Origin: Thermoproteota archaeon
GTDB lineage: Archaea > Korarchaeota > Korarchaeia > Korarchaeales > Korarchaeaceae
Assembly: GCA_027491415.1 (NCBI GenBank)
Contig: JAOZFH010000063.1
Coordinates: 32,001 to 96,000 of the forward strand
Reading direction: 5' to 3'
DNA: 64,000 nt
The notes under the pieces are model-generated. The model was not told where the DNA came from. It made no database searches and saw nothing but the letters and a program-made list of their open reading frames with translations. The translations under genes and the position numbers were made by a program. Shown piece after piece: positions 10,463 through 19,885 of this stretch (position 1 is its first letter; each line of letters starts with the position of its first letter).

Positions 10463-11776
10463 CTACCCACCTATTATCGACTCGGCCACCCTTAGGATCT
10501 CCTCGAGCGGGTAGTACCCCTGGATCGTGTAGGCGAGCCCCTTGAACCAGAATTCCACCCTGGTCGGGTAGTACTCGACCCTGGGCCACACGTATACAGT
10601 CACACCGTCGATCACGATCTCGTCTGCAGACTCCGGGGGGACGAGCCCGCCCTCAGACAGAGCCTCCACCCAGATCGTCAGGTTCTGAGCGTCGGGGACC
10701 CAGGGCGCCGGGACGTTGTACACCGCGCACGGGTGGTCCGCGTAGGCCAGGATTACCTCCCTGACGGCCCACTCCCCCGCCCCGATCTCCCTCACCATCG
10801 CCGCCTCGAGCCTCAGCCCATCCGGCACGTACGTTGGGAGCACCAAGCCGGCGCCCTCCGGCACCGGCTCGCCCGCCGCCCTGTGCCTATCCAGCTCCCT
10901 CTTCAGCGCCTCCATGGCTTCCTGTAGCGAGACGAGGTACCCCTGAACCCTGTAGACCTCCGGCCTCAGGGTCGACTTGGGGCAGCCCTCGGGGGGAGCG
11001 ATGGACTCGATCACCCTGTACAGCTCCCCCTCCGGGAGGTAGGCCTCCACCGTGTAGTACAGGTCTCCCACCTGGATCTCTGCGTACCCCGGCTCTAGAT
11101 CTGGGACCCCGAAGTAGAGAGACGCGGTCGTCGTGCATGTGATCCTGCCTAGGAAGGGCGTGATCCGGTAGGGGCAGCCTCTGATTGTGCCATCATATCC
11201 CAGCTCCAGGTTCATCTTGCCCCTGCCCGCCCTCAGAACCATCTCTGGGCCACTCATCGCGTAGGTGACGTAGGGGATCGCGAGGGTCACGTTTCGACCT
11301 GGGAACGCGTAGACTACCGCGAACACTTCGGGAACCCCCTGCTTCTCCGCCTCTCTCAGCTGATTCATCGCTTGGCTGTGGTTTCCCGCCCCGACCACCA
11401 TGACCCCAACGAGCCTCATCCCTCCTGAGTAGGAGGGGAGCCTGACTCCCAGATCCGTCAGGGCAGGCATCGCCTCGTCGGCTGGCAGGATGAAGCCCGT
11501 CTCCAGCGGGGGTACCCAGGAGGACGTTGGGCAGGACTCCCCAAGAGCCTTCAGAGCTGAGTCGTTGAGCCGCAGCCAGGGAGGCTCCTCCTCGGCGTCA
11601 TTGGCCAGCTGGGGCTCTGAGGATTCAGAGGGTTGGGTCATGCACCCAGGGGCAGATGGCGTCGGGGACAGCCTCCTGACGACCTCCGAACTCCGGCGCG
11701 CGACGTGAAGCAGGCAAGCCAGCGCGATTAGAGAGAACGCAAGTGCGATTAAGAGTAACCTGCGACCATCAGCCAT
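10463..11776 (-). CDS. Membrane-anchored tandem DUF4367-like protein (paralogue of 2721..3917)
   Basis: N-terminal TM; LPTYVPDGL, PAPWxPxAxNLT, FWFxGLxYxIQGYYP shared with copy 1. Confidence 0.7.
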   Translation of the reverse strand: MADGRRLLLIALAFSLIALACLLHVARRSSEVVRRLSPTPSAPGCMTQPSESSEPQLANDAEEEPPWLRLNDSALKALGESCPTSSWVPPLETGFILPADEAMPALTDLGVRLPSYSGGMRLVGVMVVGAGNHSQAMNQLREAEKQGVPEVFAVVYAFPGRNVTLAIPYVTYAMSGPEMVLRAGRGKMNLELGYDGTIRGCPYRITPFLGRITCTTTASLYFGVPDLEPGYAEIQVGDLYYTVEAYLPEGELYRVIESIAPPEGCPKSTLRPEVYRVQGYLVSLQEAMEALKRELDRHRAAGEPVPEGAGLVLPTYVPDGLRLEAAMVREIGAGEWAVREVILAYADHPCAVYNVPAPWVPDAQNLTIWVEALSEGGLVPPESADEIVIDGVTVYVWPRVEYYPTRVEFWFKGLAYTIQGYYPLEEILRVAESIIGG

Positions 11777-11782
11777 GCCACA

Positions 11783-12481
11783 TCAACCTCTCTTGACGTA
11801 AAATTCATAGTTCGTTACTTTCTGAACGTAAAAGCACGTGCCGCTCTCATGCTTTGATAGCACATCCCAAAGGCACCAACCTCCGCAGTTGGGTATGCTG
11901 AAATAATGTAAAAGTTTGAAGTGGCCGTAAGCATTTATCCTACATCCGCAGTTAGAGTCGCAAGATATCTCAGATACACCACGCACAAAACCTTTCTCAT
12001 AATTTGGCCCAGAACCGGCGGGTAATCTGAGCTTAGTAACACCATCGATGATTATCTTCCATTTATTTATAGGTTGGTCAAACCATATCCGGATGTGATG
12101 ATGCCCTGAAGAAGCTGTTCCTAGAACGTAGTACCCGTAAGTTGTCCCTCTCCTATGTTCCGCATAAAATGTAGGCTCTGTTAAGCAACCAGCGGGCGAG
12201 TATCCCTTACCCCAGCCAGCTTGTATCCACCCGCCGTTCTGAATTAGTAGGTACCTAGCCGTTTTATCGTAACTCGAACAGTAGATCCCCGACGGATTGT
12301 AGGTATAGATATAGCCAGATACGCCCTGTCTGTCAATTCTATCGATGCAAGTAGTAAGTTCGCAGTTAGATCCGTAATACCATGCGGGAGTGGAATATAC
12401 TTCCAAGACAATACCGCTGAAGCTAAGAGTAAGCAAATAAACTAGGCATACCACGTAACTTTGTCTAAAGCTCGCGGTCAT
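11783..12481 (-). CDS. Secreted beta-rich protein, G1-peptidase/neprosin-like (copy 2)
   Basis: Signal peptide, WIQAGWGKGY, RGVSE, many Cys; AT-rich. Confidence 0.65.
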   Translation of the reverse strand: MTASFRQSYVVCLVYLLTLSFSGIVLEVYSTPAWYYGSNCELTTCIDRIDRQGVSGYIYTYNPSGIYCSSYDKTARYLLIQNGGWIQAGWGKGYSPAGCLTEPTFYAEHRRGTTYGYYVLGTASSGHHHIRIWFDQPINKWKIIIDGVTKLRLPAGSGPNYEKGFVRGVSEISCDSNCGCRINAYGHFKLLHYFSIPNCGGWCLWDVLSKHESGTCFYVQKVTNYEFYVKRG

Positions 12482-12607
12482 CTATTATCTATGTTTTCTC
12501 CAAATTTTCCTTTTAACCCTTACGCTTGCGCGCTCTAGATGGACGAGATAGAAGAGAAGAGAATAGAGGTTCTGGTTCTCTTCTCGCGGTCTCAGAGAGA
12601 GGAGGAC

Positions 12608-12740
12608 TCAGCTGGGCAGGGACGTGAAGGAGACCAGCCACCCGCCGAACAGGAGAAAGAATCCCACGGCGGCTCCGACATCCCTAGGGTCCTCTGACCT
12701 GGCCAGGAGCGCGCAGCCTAGGCCCCAGAGCAGTTCAGGG
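12608..12740 (-). pseudogene. C-terminal remnant of a family B membrane protein
   Basis: Translates as ELLWGLGCALLARSEDPRDVGAAVGFFLLFGGWLVSFTSLPS*. Confidence 0.6.
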
Positions 12741-12954
12741 GTCAGGGGGGAGCTCCTCACGAGGGTCTTCAGGGAGCTGGAGGGCTACGGGGATAGGAAG
12801 AGGTGGGAGGAGGCGCTGGAGGAGTGCGAGAGGAGGGGCCTCCTCTAGGCTGCTCGCCACGCCCCCCGGGCGACGCGCCGAGAGGCTGTCGGAGACCCGA
12901 GCGCTCCAACCCTCCGCCAAGCATAACGAGGTTGTGGGGGGCCTGCAGAGACTC

Positions 12955-13347
12955 TCAGTCCACCATGAGGAAGGGCACACGCCATGCGAGGAGGAGCAGA
13001 GAGTAGCCCAGGAGTGCGCTCAGGTCCCAAGGCCTCTCGGACCTAGCAACGAGCGCTGATCCGAGGGAGAAGGGGAGGCTCAGGGCGAGCCCTATGAGGC
13101 CCCAGCGGATCACCCCGAAGGGGGCGAAGAGGTAGGTGAGGAGACCCAACAGGAGGGCGAGGGCTGGCCTCCTCCTGATTGGCCCTGTGAGGCAGGCCAC
13201 GGCCGAGACCGCCGGGGGGACGTAGAGGATCGTCAAGACGTAGGACAGATCCCGGAGGATGGGGTCTACGCCCGTGACGCCCAGCGCGAGGAGGGCTATG
13301 AGCGCCAGCCAGGTGTAGAAGAACCCCGGCTCGTCCCTCCAAGGCAC
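12955..13347 (-). CDS. Small multi-TM membrane protein, family B
   Basis: VPWRDEPGFFYTWLAL, LYVPP, SERPWDL; TTATTAC box upstream. Confidence 0.7.
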   Translation of the reverse strand: MPWRDEPGFFYTWLALIALLALGVTGVDPILRDLSYVLTILYVPPAVSAVACLTGPIRRRPALALLLGLLTYLFAPFGVIRWGLIGLALSLPFSLGSALVARSERPWDLSALLGYSLLLLAWRVPFLMVD

Positions 13348-13429
13348 GCTGATGGCAGAGCAGGTCAAAGTAATAATTCTTTCTCAGAAAAACCTGGAGA
13401 AACAAAAAATGTAGGGAAGGGTTTGCGAG

Positions 13430-13558
13430 TTAACCATCGCACCTTGTCCTAGTGGCCCAGCCGTCGCCTCCCTCATCGTAGTTCCCCAGCCAGACCACCT
13501 CGCCCTCAACCACCCAGTCGTGGTAGTAGGGGGTCTCGAAGGCCTCCCTGAACTCCTG
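13430..13558 (-). pseudogene. Orphan LssY_C-like C-terminal tip
   Basis: QEFREAFETPYYHDWVVEGEVVWLGNYDEGGDGWATRTRCDG* matches 7190..7297. Confidence 0.65.
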
Positions 13559-13621
13559 TGCCATTAGATCGGTGCTCTCAGGCGCACTCTCCTCTCAAAA
13601 ATGGGGGAGGGTTGGGGGCCC

Positions 13622-14248
13622 CTACCCCTGGCCCGGAACCACCTCGAAGTCGTAAGTCTCGATCAGCGTGCCCGGCTTCGAGAGGGCGCCCCTCATTATC
13701 ACGTTGATCCTGTAGCGGCCCGGGGCGACTGCTTGGCCCACCTCCAGCGTGGCGTTGAGGACTTTCACCTCCCCCTCTTTCAGGGTGAACGCCGGGGAGG
13801 GCCGAATCGCCAGCCTGATCGCGGAGTCCCCCTCCCCGGCGACCAGCTCGAGTGCCTCGCCCTCTACCGGCGCCTCTGCAGAGAGGTTCACCTCCAGGGG
13901 CCCGGGGAACTTGCCAGGGGTCAGCCCCTCAGGAGGCGGGAGGTCCCTGAGTCGCGTTAGCGTTATCTCGGGCCTGAAGTCGCACTCCGGCTTGAAGCAG
14001 TAGACCTTGATGACGAAGGAGACCGCCTCGCCCTGCCTCACCACGCTGGGGAGTCCCTCGACGCTGGTCGTCATCAGGGATATCGGGGTCTCGGGTATGT
14101 CCTCCGGCGGGATGGTGGGAGGCGCCTTCGTGGCCTCCGGGCTGGCGGAGCCGAATGGGTACTGGATCCAGAGACCTAAGGCCAAGAGGGAGATGGAGGC
14201 CGCGGTCAACAGTAGGAGGCTAGACCGCCCCATGAGCATCACCCCCAA
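13622..14248 (-). CDS. Membrane-anchored/secreted Ig-like protein
   Basis: N-terminal hydrophobic segment, P-rich linker, beta-strand pattern (VAPGRYRINV); coupled to 14239..15051. Confidence 0.6.
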   Translation of the reverse strand: MGVMLMGRSSLLLLTAASISLLALGLWIQYPFGSASPEATKAPPTIPPEDIPETPISLMTTSVEGLPSVVRQGEAVSFVIKVYCFKPECDFRPEITLTRLRDLPPPEGLTPGKFPGPLEVNLSAEAPVEGEALELVAGEGDSAIRLAIRPSPAFTLKEGEVKVLNATLEVGQAVAPGRYRINVIMRGALSKPGTLIETYDFEVVPGQG

Positions 14249-15021
14249 ATCTTTTCCCCGTCGCCATAATCACATGTGGGATTCGTATACTGTCCTACTT
14301 GGATGTAATTAAATCCAAGCCTTACAATGTCGTAGTTCTGGTTGCAGTTATCCGTGGGCTCCCTGTAGGCGTAGCCCTGCTCGGCCTGCCTGAAGTAGGA
14401 GGACCCCCTGGGTTTGTACGAGATGGCCGGGTTAAAGTAAACGGGCTTAAGCCAACCCCCGTACTCCCCACCCTTCTCAGCTATTGAAGCAGGTGCGTGA
14501 TATCCCGTGGAATCCACGTCAAAGAACTCAGTGCCCAAGTACTCATCGCCCCCCTTGACAAACGACCAGTATCCGTCGCCCACGTGAATTGCCGAGTAGT
14601 ACATGTAGGTGTAGGTGGGGCCTGCTGATCCGTCGGGGCCCTTTCTTACGACATAATCGCCCCCAGCTGGGGGGAGGTAGCAGTAAAACCACGCACCTCT
14701 TGGCCGCTCGTGTGCCGTGAGGTAGCCGACTTGGATCCAGTATCCATTGGCTAGGTGAGACCCTATCCAATAATAGTGCGCTTCTGGGTCTGGGACGTTG
14801 TAGTCCGGAACTATGTACACCCTGGTTTTGAACCCCTCACTCCAATACGTGGTTGTCCCTCCCCTGGCACCGACAGATGGATCAAGCATTCCTGCCAAGT
14901 TAAGAGGATTCTCTTGACGGTCTAGGGGTTGCGTTGAGGTTTGGGCAATAATAGAGGCTGTAACCAGGGGAGAGAGGAGACCTAAAATCCCCAAAACTGC
15001 CAAACACCTTCTCTCATCCAT
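14239..15021 (-). CDS. Secreted beta-rich protein, G1-peptidase/neprosin-like (copy 3, divergent)
   Basis: Signal peptide (MDERRCLAVLGILGLL), YWIG...WIQVGY, SIAEKG. Confidence 0.55.
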   Translation of the reverse strand: MDERRCLAVLGILGLLSPLVTASIIAQTSTQPLDRQENPLNLAGMLDPSVGARGGTTTYWSEGFKTRVYIVPDYNVPDPEAHYYWIGSHLANGYWIQVGYLTAHERPRGAWFYCYLPPAGGDYVVRKGPDGSAGPTYTYMYYSAIHVGDGYWSFVKGGDEYLGTEFFDVDSTGYHAPASIAEKGGEYGGWLKPVYFNPAISYKPRGSSYFRQAEQGYAYREPTDNCNQNYDIVRLGFNYIQVGQYTNPTCDYGDGEKIWG

Positions 15022-15521
15022 ATCTCCACCCCGCAGGCTCCTCGCCTGCAAGAGTTTTGGTTAAATAATCGAATTTAACTTCTGCGCTTTAATACATTTT
15101 CAATACTTTCATGAAACTTTTCTTATATTATGTTACATCTCCACGCCACTCTGGGAGGGATCGTTCTGTATGAAGGGACACGGAGCTACGCCGGGCTGAG
15201 CATAGAGGCACGCCAGGGCCGCTACGGCCGTGGGTGATGAAGGGGAAGTTCAGGACGGTCACCGGTCCGAGTGTGACCTGTCAGTCGTCGCCTGGACACG
15301 GACTCGCTGAAGGGACGCTCCTCCAGCCCGTGGAGCTCGAGTAGACCCTCCAGATCCCCCTCTGAGACCTCTCTCACGCTCACGCCTGGCCGCGAATTGA
15401 GGTCGGGCACCCTCCTCGGGGCCCCAGCAAGGGCTTAAGGTTGGGGCGGCCGCCTCCTTGGGACGGCTGCGGAGGGCCCTGGGGGCAAGGTTTTTATCTC
15501 CGGACCCGCGAAGGCGAGTTG

Positions 15522-15595
15522 GGGCCCGTAGCTCAGTATGGTAGAGCGCCCGGCTCTTAACCGGGAGGTCGAGGGTTCGAAGCCCTCCGGGCCCG
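15522..15595 (+). tRNA. tRNA-Lys(CTT)
   Basis: GGGCCCG acceptor stem, cccgg-CT-CTT-AA-ccggg anticodon arm, GGTTCGAAG T-loop. Confidence 0.95.
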
Positions 15596-15669
15596 CTTCT
15601 CTCGCCTTTTCTCGTCTTTTCGAGCTTTCTCCTTCCGAATTTCCGTGAAACAAGCGACCTCGTGGCGAA

Positions 15670-16242
15670 TCACGTGGCCGGCCCCTGAGGCCCCCTCTGG
15701 CCCGATCGAACAGCCTCCTCACTCAGAACCTCAGACTCGCGCCTCGCAGTCTTGTAGGCGTCGTACGCCGACAGCACAGGGGCCAACCCCGTGGAGATGG
15801 CCAGGATCGCGGTAGCGTCGGTCACGACCCCCGGCAGGTCGTAGCGCATCGACCCGACGAAGAGGACCCAGGCGGCCGAGACGTACCCCCAGATCTTCCA
15901 AGCCCTCCCGGTCCTCCCCAGGTAGGCCTGACCCAGGCCTGGGAGGAACAGCGAGAGCAGAGCTGCCACCCACGGCCTCGACCTGAAGTCGGCGCCCTTC
16001 GCGGTCCTCCAGGCGTCCAAGATAGACCAGGGGTAGAGGAAGACCAGGGCGAGTATGCACCACATCCCCGCGACGACGGCCGCCGGCCTCCCCCAGTAGC
16101 CGAGCGCCACCACCGCCACCACGAGGGCCCAGAACGTGAGCCATATCGCCAGGCCCCTCCTCCTCTCTCCGGCGTAGGCCGTGCCCAGGCCTGGCTGCAG
16201 GGCTGAGACGAGGGCGGCCAGCCAGGACCTCCCACCCGCCAA
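15670..16242 (-). CDS. Membrane protein with duplicated TM2-like AALxSxxxPGLGxAYxG motif
   Basis: Two internal repeats; divergent from the 954-aa gene. Confidence 0.7.
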   Translation of the reverse strand: MAGGRSWLAALVSALQPGLGTAYAGERRRGLAIWLTFWALVVAVVALGYWGRPAAVVAGMWCILALVFLYPWSILDAWRTAKGADFRSRPWVAALLSLFLPGLGQAYLGRTGRAWKIWGYVSAAWVLFVGSMRYDLPGVVTDATAILAISTGLAPVLSAYDAYKTARRESEVLSEEAVRSGQRGPQGPAT

Positions 16243-16335
16243 CCCGCATCACCATCGTGAAATTTGCGCTGGTGGTGGTTTGACATTAGAACAATCAAAT
16301 CTTATTAGAAATTTGGTTTGAAAGTCAGCCCTTAG

Positions 16336-19200
16336 ATGGGTCAGAGGGTCAGAACATTCCTGGCCTCTCTCCTCATCTCGCTGGCCGCCTCTCCGTCGGC
16401 TGCGGTCGGGCTCGCCCTCTCCAACCCCGTGCATGTGTCCCTCTCAGTCTCGCCCACCGCGGTCGAGCCGGGAGGCTCCGTGAGCATCTCAGCGTCCGCA
16501 TGGTCCTCCGACCCCTCGCTCCGCGTGGAGCTTACCGTGCTCGTGCAGGGGCCGGGGTTCTCGAGGACGCTGCACTCGGGCGGCGCGAGCTGGTCGGGCA
16601 CGTGGACGCCCCCGGCCAGGGGGAGCTACACCGTGTGGGCCCTCGCCGAGGGCAGGGACTCCTCTGGGAGCCTGGCGGGCTCGGCCACCGCCTACGCGAC
16701 CGTTGTCGTGACCGACCAGGCGGGCGGCGGGTCAGGAGCGGTGGAGACAGGCTCGTCCGACGTCTCGGGCGGCTCGACTGGCTCAGGCGGACTCCTCGGC
16801 AAGATAGAGGGCCTGGCCAAGTCGGCCTGGTCCAAGGTCAAGGGAGCCCTGTCTCAGGCGAAGGAGGCCGTCGAGGGTGCGCTCTCCTCCCTGGGAGAGG
16901 TGCTCGGGGAGTACGCGGACGCCCTCGTGGATGGAGTGGGTTGGCTGGTCGGCAAGGTCAGGGGGGCCCTGAGCGAGGTTGGGGAGGCGATCTCAGGGGC
17001 CCTGGACTACCTCAGCGGCAGGACGCGCGGGCTGGTGGAGGAGGCCCTCTCGATGGCCGCCGGCGCCTACTACGACGCGGTGTCGGCGCTGTCGGACGCC
17101 GCCAGCGAGGCCGACTCCCCGGCCGCCACGTTCGTGCTCTCGGCCGCCGAGGCGATAGTCGGGGCCCCCGGCGGGACCGCCCTCGGCTTCGCGGTCGGGT
17201 CCGAGGGGTGGTATCAGATCACCGCCAGGGTGGCGGAGGTCCTGTCGGGCCTGGACGCCTGGCTCGCGAGCTGGGCGGAGGAGAACCTGCCGGAACCGCT
17301 GGCCGACCTCGTGGAGTTCGGCGCGGCCCTCGACTCCTCGATGCGCGCGGGCGCGGCCTGCCAGCTAGCCGGACTCCTGGAGGCCGCTAACTTCCTCTCG
17401 TTCGGCTTCCTCGACGCCGTGAGGGACGCCCTGGCGGGGGCGGGCGCCGAGGGCGGCCCGGGGCTCGGAGAGGCCCTCAAGGAGGAGCTGTACACCCAGA
17501 CCTTCCCCGGCCAGATCCTGGGGCTGCTCGAGGAGGCCGTTGGCCCGGGGAGGAGCTGGAGGGAGAGGGCCAGGGCCGCCGGCACCCTCACAGGGCTGGC
17601 CCTCCTGGCGGCCGCGACGGCGGGCAGGAGGGACTACAGGCTTGAGTCGAACCCGGAGGCCAGGGCCCTCCTGGAGGAGATCAGGGCGGAGCTGGGTGGC
17701 AGAAAGGCCGGCGCCATCAAGAGGAGGGCCGTCGAGGTCGCTGAGCTGTTCGGGGAGGAGGACGCGATCAGGTACCTCAGGGGCGACGCCAACTTCGTGA
17801 GGCTGCTCGTGAAGAAGAGGAAGGTCGGAGACCGCATCGTCGAGAGGATCTACCTCAAGCTGAGTTCCGACGAGATCAAGAGGCTCGGCCTCAAATCCGA
17901 AGAGTACGCGAACCTCGTGTTCAGGACCGCCGACGGCAGGACCTTCGAGCTCAGCCTGAAGGTGCCGAAGGCGATGAGCAACGGGAAGATGGAGGTGGCC
18001 CTCCCATACTTCTCCGAGCTGCACCCGGAGCTGGGCGAGCAGCTGGTGGAGATCGAGGTGAGGCCGCCGAGGGACGTCGGGTGGCTGATGCAGGTCACGG
18101 ACGACAGGGGGTACAGGAAGCTCAAGGTGAGCCCGGAGTACGTCAGGATGAAGGCCTCCCTGGGGGACGAGCTGGCGCCGGACCAGCTGGTAAGGGTGGA
18201 GGTGGACGGCCGCAAGTACTACGCGATCCTGAGGAGGTCCGGGGACGACCTCACGCTCACCCTGCCGAGGGACGTGACGGCGGAGCACCACGTGATCAGG
18301 ATCGAGCGGGCGGGGCTCGAGGAGGTCTTCCCGTCCGAGCCGGTGCCGGGCCTCAAGCTGGAGTACGCCGGCGATACCCTGTCCATCAGGGTCGCGGCAG
18401 GGGCGGGCGGTGGTCCCCTGACGCTCGCCGAGGGGGTGAGGCCGGAGCTGGACCCCTACACGGGCGAGCTGAGGCTCCTGTTCAGCGTCGACGGCGTCGA
18501 GTTCGCCCTAGAGGCGGATGGAGATGTGAGGGTCAGGGTCTCCAAGAGGTGGGTCGAGGTCGAGAGGGTCAGGGTCGCGGGCAGCGAAGCGTCCATCGTA
18601 ACCGGGCTGGGCGAGATCTCACTCGGCAGAGGGGTGAGAGCCGTACTCTCCACGGTCGAGGGAGATCTCACTCTGAGCGGCCCGATAGCCGTGCCCGACG
18701 AGATTCTAGAAAGTCCCGAGATTCAGGCAGGGATCTCAGAGTATGTGAACTCTCTAAAGGGCGGAGAGGAGGGCACTTTTCAGGCGGAACTGGGCAAACT
18801 TGGAGAGAAAGTGACCAAAAAATACTTTGAGCTTAGAGGGTTTGAGTTCGAGAAGCACGGAAAACCTACTTCCCCAGTTGATGGTTTTGTAATAGAGAAT
18901 GGGATAAGGATCCCAGTAGAGGTCAAGACCTCTGCCGTTGACGACTTCTCAACGCTGATCCGCAGGGCCATAAGGGGGGATGTGAGGTCTAACGGGGAAG
19001 TTAGAGGCGGCGCGCTCTACAAGTACTTCAGGAGCCACCCTGAGGTACCGTACGGATACGCCGTGGCGGTGAAATACGAGAGTGGGAGGCTGCTCATACT
19101 CATAAGGAAGGTCGTGAACCCATTCAGAAGAACCGCCAGCGCCCGTCCACCGACGCGTCCGCCGGGCAGGACCTACCTTCCCGGGAGGATACCGAGGTGA
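16336..19200 (+). CDS. Secreted multidomain protein with C-terminal PD-(D/E)XK nuclease (candidate polymorphic toxin)
   Basis: Signal peptide, Ig-like domain, G/S linker, amphipathic helical repeats, hydrophobic segments, then GKLGEKVTKKYF...PVDGFV...IPVEVKTS; the 3' end is more AT-rich. Confidence 0.75.
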   Translation: MGQRVRTFLASLLISLAASPSAAVGLALSNPVHVSLSVSPTAVEPGGSVSISASAWSSDPSLRVELTVLVQGPGFSRTLHSGGASWSGTWTPPARGSYTVWALAEGRDSSGSLAGSATAYATVVVTDQAGGGSGAVETGSSDVSGGSTGSGGLLGKIEGLAKSAWSKVKGALSQAKEAVEGALSSLGEVLGEYADALVDGVGWLVGKVRGALSEVGEAISGALDYLSGRTRGLVEEALSMAAGAYYDAVSALSDAASEADSPAATFVLSAAEAIVGAPGGTALGFAVGSEGWYQITARVAEVLSGLDAWLASWAEENLPEPLADLVEFGAALDSSMRAGAACQLAGLLEAANFLSFGFLDAVRDALAGAGAEGGPGLGEALKEELYTQTFPGQILGLLEEAVGPGRSWRERARAAGTLTGLALLAAATAGRRDYRLESNPEARALLEEIRAELGGRKAGAIKRRAVEVAELFGEEDAIRYLRGDANFVRLLVKKRKVGDRIVERIYLKLSSDEIKRLGLKSEEYANLVFRTADGRTFELSLKVPKAMSNGKMEVALPYFSELHPELGEQLVEIEVRPPRDVGWLMQVTDDRGYRKLKVSPEYVRMKASLGDELAPDQLVRVEVDGRKYYAILRRSGDDLTLTLPRDVTAEHHVIRIERAGLEEVFPSEPVPGLKLEYAGDTLSIRVAAGAGGGPLTLAEGVRPELDPYTGELRLLFSVDGVEFALEADGDVRVRVSKRWVEVERVRVAGSEASIVTGLGEISLGRGVRAVLSTVEGDLTLSGPIAVPDEILESPEIQAGISEYVNSLKGGEEGTFQAELGKLGEKVTKKYFELRGFEFEKHGKPTSPVDGFVIENGIRIPVEVKTSAVDDFSTLIRRAIRGDVRSNGEVRGGALYKYFRSHPEVPYGYAVAVKYESGRLLILIRKVVNPFRRTASARPPTRPPGRTYLPGRIPR

Positions 19201-19832
19201 GGGCAATGCCCAGGAGGAACGTTGAGGGGATCGAGAGGCTCGAGAAAGAGGTTCTTGACGCCATCCTCAGCGAGTACGGGTCTGCCAGAGAGAGAATGAG
19301 CGATAGGCTTAGGACGGAGTTTAGAAGGCTCGCGAGGGCCTCGGCCATAGTGATAGCCGTCTACGGGTCTGAGGAGTGGTTCGTGAAGTACGGAGGCGCG
19401 CTTGTGGCGCTCCCGGATGTGGATCCGGTGTGGACCGTACGAATAGACGGAGCGGTGCTTCCGAGGCCGGGCCCCACCTACGTCGTCCTGAGCCGGGGGC
19501 TGTATGCCGAGGGGAGGGAGTACGTGCCGTTCGACGTGCCCGGGCTGGAGCAGGTCTCCCCGGCAGAGCTGGACGCGGCCTCGTGGGAGAAATACGCCTC
19601 CGAGCACCCTGAGGCGGCCAGGCACCTGGAGACGGCGCTGAAGCTCGCCTGGGCCGCGACCCACAGGTTCAACCTGCCCGTGCTCGTGGTGAGAGGGTGG
19701 CGGCCCCCTCTAGCCTATCGGGTCCTCCTGCCTATCGACGACTTCAGGGACGAGGACGTCCTGAAGTCGCTGGAGGCGATGGAGTGGATGCTGGAGCAGC
19801 TGAAGCAGACCGGGTTCCCCCTTATGGTGTAG
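19197..19832 (+). CDS. Candidate cognate immunity protein (family I, copy 1)
   Basis: GTGA overlap with the toxin stop; soluble; PDVDPVW and AMEWMLEQL...GFPL family motifs. Confidence 0.7.
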   Translation: MRAMPRRNVEGIERLEKEVLDAILSEYGSARERMSDRLRTEFRRLARASAIVIAVYGSEEWFVKYGGALVALPDVDPVWTVRIDGAVLPRPGPTYVVLSRGLYAEGREYVPFDVPGLEQVSPAELDAASWEKYASEHPEAARHLETALKLAWAATHRFNLPVLVVRGWRPPLAYRVLLPIDDFRDEDVLKSLEAMEWMLEQLKQTGFPLMV

Positions 19833-19885
19833 GCAGACCCCTACACCTGTAAAGCCGGAGCTGGACCTCCCTATGAAAGCACGGA

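Noticed and set aside
15222-15410. GNAT acetyltransferase N-terminus (VREVSEGDLEGLLEL)
   Set aside because: Only about 20 residues resemble GNAT; too short to support a call.
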